In this document: positions 48,194-59,518 of the stretch, in pieces
How the letters are laid out: each line of letters begins with the position of its first letter
Position numbering within the stretch: the stretch's first letter is position 1
Assembly (NCBI GenBank): GCA_002633005.1
Contig: NMRA01000011.1
Location: 563,635 to 627,634 of the forward strand
From: Phoronis australis
Lineage: Eukaryota > Animalia > Phoronida
Length of the DNA stretch: 64,000 bases
Direction of reading: 5' to 3'
Program-made: the position numbers and the translations under genes
The notes under the pieces: model-generated
The model's database searches: none
The model's input: only the letters and a program-made list of their open reading frames with translations
What the model was told of the DNA's origin: nothing

Positions 48194-51100
48194 CTGGAAA
48201 CAGAAAAGTTGGAATGCATGAACACAGTGTAGTGGATAGTGTGTGCACGAGGGAAGCATGTCTTCCTTTGCACTTGGATAATTTGTAAATTTCGATCATG
48301 TTTTTCTGCCCCCCCCCCATGTCTACTGATTCATAGCTAGAAATGTAGGGTTTCCACAAATTATTGAGAAATACGTTCCTTCCTAAATTTTGAGAGGGAG
48401 AGGGAGGTGGCGGCACAATTTTTGTAAGGAAATCCCGGTGGGCATAGACCGTTTGTCATCAAGGTCAACGAGTTCAAAGACAAGGAGCTTGTGGAGAGAA
48501 ATGCTCTCTAACAGTGCTCTGTACAGAAGCTCAGAAGAGTTTTTGAAGCAAGGCGGGAATTCAATTCCTATGTGCTACGAGCGATGGAAATCGGAAAAGA
48601 AGTATGAGTTAGTTTGGGCGAACTCGTAGTCGATAATAGTGTTTATCTTTAACTGTAAGAGACGTGACGAAGGATATAAAGTTAAACGTTCCTCTGCATC
48701 TGAGCTTTGGAGTGAATATGAGGCAGGCCGAGGCCNCCGAGGCTCTGGAATATAAATGGCTTAGTAAGCTCAAGCGAATCGGCGTGGTGTGTTTTGTCAA
48801 AACATGATGTCACTGCACTTCAAGACACGTGACGTTGCTATGTCAACAATCACCTCGATTTCAAAGGTAAGGCAAAAACGACTAGTAGCTTTACACACTC
48901 AGGAGGAATGGAGATGTTTGTCGAAAACCAGATCTCAAAATATCTTAGTGTTCAGAAGTCTTGACTTCGTAAATAACGGTTAAAACTGAGGAGAGGGCCA
49001 ATGAGGCATCGAGTGTCATTTGTAACAGCTGGTTCGATCAACATATTTAGATGATAGGCCTATGTCTTTGAAAAACTTGAATATCACGTAAAATTTTAGA
49101 AATAATTTTTCCTCCTGTTACATTGTGATAGTGGCGATTTCAATGCATGTGGAGCAAGTTCGCAATGATGATGACGGTTACGTCATCGGAGAAGATTTAC
49201 GACGCATGGACGGTGTGGGTGATGATAGAACAAGCATATCGCGGGCGTCACAAGACTGAATTTAACCAGCATGAAATTGAAGTCCTGCATTTGTGCGAAA
49301 GATGATGTGGTGCTGACAAAGGTGTCGGAGACGTGTTCGGCAAATAATGGCTATAAGTCCATCGTCCCAGAAACCCTGTTACAAAAGATGTTTGGTTTTA
49401 TGTTGGACACCAAATTGATTGAGTCATCACTATTCATTAGAATATAAATTTCCAAAGCCTAATAACTTTCCGGTAAATGATAGATGCCTTAGCTGTTCAT
49501 ACAGTGAAATTGACAAGGAGGTAAATTGGAAAGATTCATATCTCGCAGCCCGTAGATGACACCTGAACTCGGCTGAAAATGTGATGTAATAGGAGCAAAT
49601 TATTAAATGATAATAATGTAGATGGCGCTGAGGAAAACATTAACAAGCTGGTTAAGAAGCTTCTTCCGCGGCTTGAACTACAGCAAATGCGCAATAGGCT
49701 AAGGTTGGTTCGATCACGAATGTCAAGGACAAAAATTATTGTTTTGTAAGTTTTTGAGGTGTTACAGACTGCACAGACGACCCGGAAATGTATCTCTTTA
49801 TTGAGAACAAAGAATAGGTAAAATGAAAAACGCGAAATGCTGGCTACCTAAGGCGTTACGAAAAGCGGACATTACTGGAAATCGATGAAACGGAACTCCT
49901 ATTCTCATCGAGAGCTCGTGAAGCTTGCATTCGTACACAACAACTTCCAGGCGTGCTGAATAACACTTGGACAAAGGCAAACAACTCTTTTTTTGTTACA
50001 AGTTGACGAATCCGATGTCAAACACATTCCGAAGTGCATGTAAATAAAGATGGCGGGGAATGATAAGGGGCGCGAACGTCACTTCCTGAGTGACGCATCC
50101 ATAATTAATTCGAACTGACTTCAAAGTTTACCTAGAACAGCCAGAAAATCTTAATGTAGACAAAATTACGCTAAATCAAACCTCTTTTCAACACAATTAC
50201 GGTCGGTTTTTTGTTGTTGGTCCTGTTTTGTCGTAGTTGCACTGTATGGAATTTCTATGCCATTCCCGATGTCATGTGCGCAGATACCTGATTACGAATC
50301 GGGAGAGGTAGAGTAGGGCATCCCACGGGGGTTTGGGGACTCTCCCAAAATTTCTTTAACATTTATTCGTGTTAACGTAAATTCTGGTTCACTCCAGCGG
50401 TAGCCTGTTATAATTTATGAATTAAACTTGCACTCCAAGAATCGCAGAAATATTTGTTTACGATCGTCAGTACTTTGAGCACCTTAGTCCGTTTTAGGGA
50501 TGGACGCTGTACAAAGACAACAAAAATCACGCCTCCACAGTCTGATTGACACGTGACAGTTTGTTATAAACATCTTTCCCATCAACAATGCTTTCCTAAC
50601 AACGACCTTCGCAAGTAATTTACTATTCTTGGAATTCTTTGGGAAAAATGTTGATACTTTCATCGTTGTGAAACAATCGACAACATTCACTTGTTTTTGT
50701 GTAATTCAGTGGTCTTTAAGTTCTTTAAACTACATCCTTTCGAAGACGGTCAATACGATTGTTAATTGTTTCAATGGTCTTACATTTTATTGTTCAGACC
50801 GCGTGCCTTGATGTTGCTGTGCTTTACGCGAACATGCTACTTCTCTTAGTGAATAGTTTACACTGTCGGATTTATATGGGGCAAATGGGCAATTGCCCAC
50901 GGCCACCCCTCTAAGAGAGGATCCCGTCTGAAAAGAGATACCCTAGATATGAAAGGCTTTATCATCACCAAAAGAGGGAGAGAGTGACCGGTTATTCCAT
51001 CACCGGGGGGCCCTCTTTGAAAACTGGAAAAGATAGGAGCTTGATTTCATCAATGCGGCCCCTTCCTTAAGCGGCAACTTTTAACTATTAAAAAAGAAAA

Positions 51101-53069
51101 GGCATATTTTTTTAAATATAACAAAGAGTACCCATACATGCCACGAACGGGCCCCCTCCAAAATCTGGAGCTTCTAAACATGAAAGGGTATATAATTTCA
51201 AAAACAGAAAAAAGAGCAGCAATTGATGCTATCATCAAGCCCCCCCCCCCTGACAGGTTCCCAGTTTATATCAAGTCATATACAATGCCAAAAAACGCAA
51301 AAGGGGAGTTACAGACTGATTCAATAATCCCTTTGCAGAGGAGTCTCCAGAGAAATACAGTTTTGCACTGCATAAAAACTGCTTTTTGGAATTTACCAAT
51401 ATGAATCAATTTCCTGTGCAAAACCTATGCTTACTAAATCTTCTCGGGCTTTTCAGACAAGTCTTGTGAGTAAGAGCACATTTTGAAGTGCGTTCGGGTG
51501 ATCTGGGTACTGCAGAAAACTGGAGCTCCCTTACAATAATGTCCTGACCAGGCTCTCAAAAGGTAAATCTAGCACTGACAGTTAAGAAAATGATGTTCTA
51601 AGTGGACTGCCCCCGGCACTACGTCTATGCCGCTGACAACGGTTTCACCTTGACGACGACGCCTCCCCCCCGCTTTCCTATTATCCTGCCTCACAGGGGG
51701 CACGGTCATGTCGGCACAAGAGCTGAACAAGACAGTCGTAACTCTGTTATTATTTTTTTCATTTGCGGTTGTCAGCAGGTGATGTTAAACTAACAGCCCA
51801 TGATATTGCAGGCCAAATGGGAAAAAGAACGCGGTCTTGAATGAAATTCCGGACGTATACGCCCTTAACTTTAAACCAACCAAGGATAAGCTAATAAGGC
51901 ACAAGAGACGTGTTGCTACAGATCCGTTATTACGACTAGTGCACACCCACACACGCGCACCCAACCCACAGTCCTCCTCCCCCACACAGTTGCACAATCG
52001 GGGGGTACTTGTTGGTATAGATTTATTACTACGGCTTAAGCACCTACACACAGTTGTCTTACCTCTGCCTACTTTCTAAAGTTACCGGATATTTCCGTAA
52101 CTGTATCGAGCAGATGGCATTTTCGGCGCCAAATGACACATTCAAAATATCCGCCAATGGGTGCATTTGGCTGTGTCAATTGCGTTAGAATTCCGTGGTC
52201 TGTATTTAATTGAAAAATTCCCAAGACATTGTTCTCAATTATATACCGTATATTTTCGCAATTTGGATCAGACATTCGACGACCACGCATGTCAATCAAC
52301 ATGATTTTGCTATACATTCAAATTTGTTCACAACACAACAATACGTATGAATCCCTACATGAGAAATTCAGAAAAAAAACGTAATATTCTAGGAACATGA
52401 CATGTCACGGAAAAGGGATTTGCGCATGCAATGTCTTCGTGTTTTATCAATATTCGAAAATGACAGTACTGTTTTAGTACCAGTTATTACAAAATGGGAA
52501 TTCCGAGATTTTCGGTCATTTTTCAGTCATCTAAGAACAGCAAAACGGTACAGCTAACTACGCAGTTTTTTATTTAGACCTCATAATCGTTACAAAATTA
52601 ATCCCTATGCAAACTGGAGGTGATTTCAGAGCGACGAAAGAAGTGAAACACACTACAGGTTGGCTTGTCAAGACGTGTCACGTTGATGCGCCGAGCATAC
52701 TCTCAAAGAATAGCAAACTGTCAGTTCCTTGCGAATCAAGAAATCACTTCTCATCTGAGAAAGTAACAAGTTGAGACCTGTTTTATAACGGAAATGCTCT
52801 AAATCAAAAGTTCCTTTCATGGGCGGAACACGGGTTTATAGCCGCTTAAAACCGAAAGTTATCCGTACACTCCAGCGAATGATGAGCGTGAGTCACATTC
52901 ATGGACAGTGCGACACCTATCGTAGTTCTGCTCGACAGCTATTCGCTTGTGTTTTCCCACTTTCAATTAAAGGTGTCACATAAAGTAACGGCCGCTTCTT
53001 GATTCCGTTTTTCACGTTGATACTGTTTTGGGCTGTCGTTTAGGTTTGCACTTGGTAATCATTTGATGA

Positions 53070-55334
53070 GTTTTATTACCATTCCCACGTTTTACCCGCG
53101 GATGTGTGGTTGCAGGTTGACACACCTACCGCTTCCCAACTGGGTTCTTCGTGACGTGTTTCAATCGATCTATCGATCGTCTTCACTCCCTCTGGCATTG
53201 AGGTCACTGGGTCCTCTTGGGAAGTTATCACCCACTTAAGAGTCATCTTCCGGACCCTCCACCGGGGTGTCACCTGACTGGTCCTTGCTGACGGTAGCCA
53301 CAGTCAGCTGTCACACTACATCACCCGAGTCCAAAATGCCAGGAACGTTCCTAGCAATCAAATCGGACGTTGAACGTTCCATGCACATCACAAACACTTA
53401 TACTATGCTGTACGGTGTGCTGATGTTCATTCTGGTGACAGGCAGTCATCTCTTGGTTGAGTCTGCCAACTCATATGCCCACTTCTGCTAGGTAATATGT
53501 CTAGGTCGAGATTAGGTCGAACCACAATGGTGGTGGTGCCTGAGACTCTCAGCACTGACACCTTTGCGCTGACGTACGCGTCCTTTAGGCTCAGCTTTCC
53601 TTGGAAGTTGCTTTCAGGGTTAGCACGCTATCCCGCCTTTCTATCCTCACTCTTGGAGCCGCGGTGGTTGACTACTTCGGAATTCTTGTCACTTCCCTTG
53701 AATTCGCTTCCGGCAGTCCCTAGCCAGGTGTCCAATCTTGTTACAGCTAACAGCTTTCCTCTACGAGGCTAGTCTTTTTGGTGGATCCTTCGGGAGTCTG
53801 GCTTGATTGTGTGATCTTGGGACCTTTTCTTGAGAGCTGGCCGGGTTCTCGAAATATCCATTTCACCGGCTTCTCTGCCAAGTTAACACTGAATACAGTT
53901 GCACATTGCTTGGCATAGATTGTGTTAAAATAGCATTGTCGTTTATATCCAGCTATACGATACGTTAACATAGTTAGAAGCATGCAAATACATCTTTAAG
54001 GTCAGATGTTCGCGCACCAGCATATCTCTCAGCTCTGCGAATTTTTTGCTGTAATCAGATATGTCTATTCACCAGTATAGAGAGCGCTGTAGGCAGGCCA
54101 AGACTTGGCAAACCTTGTCGTCTCTTTTAGTCCTGGCTTTCCGAAACTGCTTGCGAAAACCCTCCTCAGTCAGTTCAGAATAGAACAAAGTCCAGTGCAT
54201 CGGCCATGGGCAGGTTAGTGTAAACCTGTAGGGGACTAAAATTAAATGTCCATTCACTCTGGATCCAAACCTTTCTATGCAGTTATCGTTGTCCTCCTGC
54301 TTCTCATTAAATTTGAATAACTTTGACTTGACGCCACCTGTCATCATTGCGGGGTTACCTTATGCTTCAACCTGTTCAGTTCTTTATGAGGCCAGGACCC
54401 TCGTGTGTTCTGTTTGTCTAGGCTCCGTATGCCGCTCGGCCTTCGCCTTCACCTCTGCCTTCCGAACTTCCCAGCCTTTTTGATTTCAGACCCATACTCC
54501 AATCTTTATTCCTCCACCGCACGGGCCTCCGCTTTCTGTCTAAGGTTGTCCCCTTATAGATAAGAGTGCCATCGACACCCTTAGCTGTGACCTGGTCTCC
54601 ATATTGAGTTGCTTACTCCAACAGTCCACTTCGTCACTCCTTCTTAATATCAACTGACTACAGACGTGCTCACAAATAATCACGTTTTCTCTGTGGATGG
54701 GTAGGCGCAGGTCGCCGCTGGCCGGTGGTACATAGCTTTCAGTGCGATGACTGAAGACTGATTACAGCTCACCACTTTATTAATCTCGAGCAAACGTAAG
54801 CACAAGTTCACTCAAAGAAAACTTCTGGCGTAATGTCTATTCTGTGCTCCAGCCAGTGCTATGAAGTCTTGACTTGCAACGAACTCTTGAGTCACCATCA
54901 GCAACTGTTACACTCGTTCATTGATTCAATAACTTGCTGTCTCTATAGCTGGTTCTCTGTTGACGAATGTTGTAACTGGTGATTATGTTACTGTTGACTT
55001 TAACACTGTAACTGACTCTCACTAACTATTTATAGGTTAGCAATGTTCCGGACCATTTCACCGATTCATCACATTCTAGAACTTTCTAGAATTTTCCCAA
55101 TTATTCACATACTAAGGCTCTAGAACTTCCCAGCTCAGGTTCTGTATCAGTCACCAACATGCCAGAACCTACTGGAATGTTCTTACATATTCCATTGAGA
55201 ACAAAATACATAATCACTGACCTGACCTGATAGGTCATGTCCATCAAGTGCCATCTTCTAGTAAACTATGTAGACTAAAAGAATAGCAAAATAGAACTTA
55301 TAGAATCACAACCAGTGTCAGTTTACACCTGACA
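53070..55334 (-). mobile_element. Decayed Gypsy-like element (5' LTR ~54677-55334, gag and protease remnants) in the intron of the coiled-coil gene
   Basis: Gag-like KSKLFKFNEKQEDNDNCIERF (54069-54347). Protease-like KVSVLRVSGTTTIVVRPNL at ~53510-53570, with catalytic D replaced by V. LTR begins TGTCAGG at 55334 and has AATAAA at ~54776-54781 on the minus strand. Confidence 0.7.
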
Positions 55335-57624
55335 ACCAACTTCGGTTGGTACCGACCGTGCACCATTCAAGGGATAGTCGCTGAAACTTGCTTAGGAATT
55401 CACTCAAGTAGGTATGTACTTTCACATGAACAACATTTCCATGATCTTGTTCAATAGAATAACTGAGAAATTTTGATTCAAATAGGTGTAGAGATCAACT
55501 AATTTGTGCACGTTTTATGCCCTTTCTCATTTTCTATTGTTTCTAAGGTTTCCTTTGAGACGGTTAGTTATGTTTTGCTTCAATAGTGATCTTTTCATTT
55601 CGATTGGTAGTGACAGTCTATAAATACTGAATCCATCATGGCACGTGTCCTAACGTATCCGAAATTTTCGGGTTGAAGCATTTAAGAAATTACTGCCGTC
55701 GTTGTTCATCACTCTACCCATGAATACAAAATAGCTACAAGTAAAAAGATATGTGTTTTGTCATATTCCCCTTTACCGGACTGTGCAGGGGCTACGAACT
55801 CGAGCGCTTTCTGGGTTATGTATATTCATTGTATTCTGAAGATTTCATAATAAACATTAATAAAAATAAGTCTCGTCTGAATTCACTTAGTGACACATTT
55901 TCTATAATTCTTTTTACCAATGTGTCGCGTCATACGCGCTAGTTTGTGTAAATTTTCTCTTATGGGCGTCAACGTGGCTCCATAGATTCTCTCATGGAAG
56001 GAGTCGGTAGGAACGGGTGAGTCCTGTCGCCTGCATACACCTTCTAGTTGGATGATGATCAGCTGGCGTCTGAGTGTGAGCTTAGTGTGAACCGAGTCAC
56101 GTGTGGTTAATTTACCCTTCTGTGTATTTCGTCTCCCAGTGAACAATTTGGCTTTCGTCGAAATGGGGAAATATTTTGTTGTGTTAATGGCTCTGATATG
56201 ATTTTTTATCAGATGACATTACATGTTGGTCACCGATTACTCAGCACTACTTTGGTATTGATTTGAATGTTCGGTGTCACCCTCCTGCCACTATTTAGAA
56301 GGGCACCTCGAGGGTAGTAATCCGAGTCGTATCTTACCAACCTATTATGAGAGCACTGGAAAAGATCGGCTGTACACGACTGGAACTGATGACTGAGAAG
56401 AGCTGCTTAGGTTTCGCAGCGACAATGTTGCGATGTCGTAAGGATGTAGTTCAAGAAATATGTCGGAATTCATCAGCATAAGGAAATAAGGCATGGTACA
56501 GAAATGGCATATCGATCCCCTTAATCGCATGCTATTTATCTTAGTTTGAGTGATCATGATGCTATCCAGTCAACGCATAAATAGATTAACTGTCATTGAA
56601 TTTTGGACAAACTGCTTTCGCACGCAAACAGTAAAAACACGTTCTTACCCAATGAACAGCACTATTATTATATCAAAATGTGCACGGGATTAATATGTTT
56701 TTCCAAATGATTTCGTCAAAGGTAGGTTCATTACTGAGATCAACCGATAGGCTATTTTGACTTAGGTGTTTAGTGCTTTTACAATCTCCACAGGGATCGC
56801 TAAGTTAGAAAATAAGTTACCGGTATGTTGGGTTTTACTGCCAACACGAAATAAGGATGTGAGCATGAATTAAATCACTATGTCTTGAAAACGTTCGCTG
56901 GTTTTTGCAATCCACTGGCTACATGAGTGTATTGGGATTTCACCAGACACCTTAGTTTTGAATTACCGATGTTCAGTCAAAGAGGCTCGGATAAGAAATT
57001 CAATGCACGTTTTGCGGGTATACTATATCGCGAAAGTCGGTAGAAAAGATTACTACTACTAATATACATATGCATACACACATACATGTCTTATTTTCGA
57101 TATCATCCGGTGAATTATAATAACAATCTTTTATGTATTCACTCCTGAAAGTTATAATGAGCTTATGTAATAAACTAAATTATTCTCAAGTGTTAAGCAA
57201 TGAACAAGTGACTTCATTTTTTTTCAAAGTTACAAAGAATGGCCATTCCTTCCTACTTCTGGTCTTAGCATGAGTATCTCTGACAAACTGGTCTTTAACT
57301 TTTATTGCCCTCATAGCAATTGTTTTATACATTTACAAGGCATGAAAAGAGCACCTGCAATTGATATAGTGAGCAACTTTAGAAGGATTAGCTTACGCGG
57401 CCAAAGTAGGGGGCTCTTTTTGAGTTGTCGACGCGCTGAGTGACTTGTTTGTGGTGAAAAAGGTTTTCATTTTGCATTATGGAAAGGAAAGGCTTGGAAC
57501 ATGTTTTGTGCGTTCGACTAAGCTGGCTTATACTTTGCTTTTTGGATAATGAGTAAAAAAGAAATGAGCCTGTAATGCAAATGTCTAATGACTACATTGT
57601 TTCCTGCTTATCTGCAGACTTTAC

Positions 57625-57957
57625 CTGCGTATCTCTCTGAGCCACGCCGCCTGGTGGGTTCGACCTTCTGTCGCCCAAATGCACCGCACATGGCCATCAA
57701 TCCCGTTCCCAAAGTTGGCTCATCACCCCCGGAGCCCAGTTTAATGTGAAGAACCGCTCTCTTGATCATCCCCTTTAGCTTTCCGTAACGACGGAATATT
57801 TCAAAGTTTTTCGATTCCTCGTATTCGTCTTGAAGTCTCTCGATAATCTGCCGGAGTTTCTTCTGTTCTTGTACCAAAGTATCGTATTCACTCCATAACT
57901 GTTCATTGTCTTTACGAATATCGGATTTTGATTTTGAGCCGCTTTTTTCATGATTAC
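57625..57957 (-). CDS. Uncharacterised coiled-coil repeat protein, internal exon
   Basis: ccatctgcag|GT AAT CAT...GCA G|gtaaag; 333 nt, phase 1-1, open throughout: NHEKSGSKSKSDIRKDNEQLWSEYDTLVQEQKKLRQIIERLQDEYEESKNFEIFRRYGKLKGMIKRAVLHIKLGSGGDEPTLGTGLMAMCGAFGRQKVEPTRRRGSERYA. Confidence 0.8.
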
Positions 57958-58047
57958 CTGCAGATGGAAACAGAGTCGGTTTAAATTAAAAGAATATCTG
58001 GACACTCGTAGACATTTTTGTATATGTCCACACTACCGAAATCAACA

Positions 58048-58048
58048 G

Positions 58049-58091
<43 letters not shown>
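58048..58091 (+). repeat. (GCCT)11 microsatellite
   Basis: Direct reading of the sequence. Confidence 0.95.
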
Positions 58092-58092
<1 letters not shown>

Positions 58093-59121
58093 AGATATCC
58101 TTAAATACGAATTATGCAAAAATAAAATAAAACAACATCGTCGTGTAAATGTTAGCCGTAAATCCTCAATGGCAAAACCCCCATCTCTGAAAATTCAATA
58201 CCTGAAACAACCCCCAAACTCTTACAATAATGCTGCAAAAACTTCCGGCAATAAACTCTAAATTATTTTAATTTTACTCGTTATACGAAACTCATCTAAT
58301 GTTTCTCTGTAAGTAATCAATCTCTTCGTGAATTCGTGTTTTAAAACTTCCAAAGGTAGGAAATACAGTCCAGATCACGACTAACAACGATTAATATAGC
58401 ACTCGTAATTATACAAACAGTTATGTATAGCTAAAATAAGAACAGTTTGATTATACACAATCCATCTTTTCATAATTTCACTCAAAACTGATTTCGTCAC
58501 GTGCTATTGCACGATTGGTGCTTAGGGAGAGATAAAAGCTATACAGGGGTTAATCACGCTTGCCGAGTTAGCAGACTTAGCATACAATTTTCAAAGTTAC
58601 CCCAACGTTTTAAGTGTTGACGAAGGCTACAGAGCATTATTTTGTAATAAATAGCAAAGTGGATTCGTCGTTATGATAATGATTTATTAATGGAATAAAA
58701 CGTGTTTTAATGTCCATTTAGAAAATTAAAGGGAAAAGGTTCACGTAAGTAAATGCAAAATTGTTGTTTTTTGTTATGTAAATATGTTATCATCTTACTG
58801 AATAACGTTATCCACTGTTATTTTACGGTATTTAACTTTACTTTAAAGTAATTTCCATTTCATTACACGTCATTCACAGAAATAAAAATTTTGGATTATT
58901 AATTTACTTGTAGTAAATCTTGTCTCCGACTGATTGAGGCGTACACATGCGTCTTAACTAGCAATTTTGATGGCTACTGATTAACTCAATTGNTTCCTAA
59001 ACGGACCCATCTTCGGCGGCGAATTCCATATTCACATTCATTCAAACGGAGACGAGCCTCAAATCAAGAAACGCGGCGAGACTGTCTAGCTATGCTGTCT
59101 CAAGGTCAATTCGGTACTCAC

Positions 59122-59158
59122 GCGCGGGAAAGCTTTGCCGACAGTTATTTGTAAACAT
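59122..59158 (-). CDS. Candidate first coding exon of the coiled-coil gene (MFTNNCRQSFPA)
   Basis: aaaATG...GCG C|gtgagt: strong donor in the required phase 1. It is short and lies in a segment that may be haplotype-specific, so it is speculative. Confidence 0.25.
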
Positions 59159-59394
59159 TTTTTGCGTTTTAGTATTACAACTTCAAAGACTATTTATTAG
59201 ATTCTAACTTGAATATTTGCTACGAAAGCTGAATGCAATTTACAATTGTTAAGTTTAAAATAAAACTATTAACAAAAAGTAACTGAATTACTTTACATTG
59301 CGCAAGTGTGTTTTTACAAAAGTTGCGTCATGTGGTTTAAAGTTTTAGATACGTCGAGTTTTTCGGCAAAAAAGAAGTTCATGTGAGAAAACAA

Positions 59395-59518
59395 ATCTTA
59401 CACTTATCTCACAAAACCTGTTGGAAATTTCGTCAAAATCCCTCGGCTAGCCTCGGGATTTTGACGAAATTTCCTAGAGGTTTTGCCCATGTCATAAACC
59501 TGACACTCGTGTAGGATT
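59395..59518. repeat. Hairpin (foldback MITE-like)
   Basis: Perfect 20-bp stem GGAAATTTCGTCAAAATCCC / GGGATTTTGACGAAATTTCC with a 12-nt loop; outer arms aatcttacac / gtgtaggatt. Confidence 0.75.

Noticed and set aside
46923-49980. THAP-like fragments (VCSDPFESE at ~47290; GVPFHRFP at ~49890, minus strand)
   Set aside because: Only a few residues each and no boundaries found. Likely transposon debris, too weak to annotate.
57775-58005. ORF ...MKKAAQNQNPIFVKT... as start of the coiled-coil gene
   Set aside because: Wrong frame; the exon reads openly in the other frame, which carries the repeat homology.
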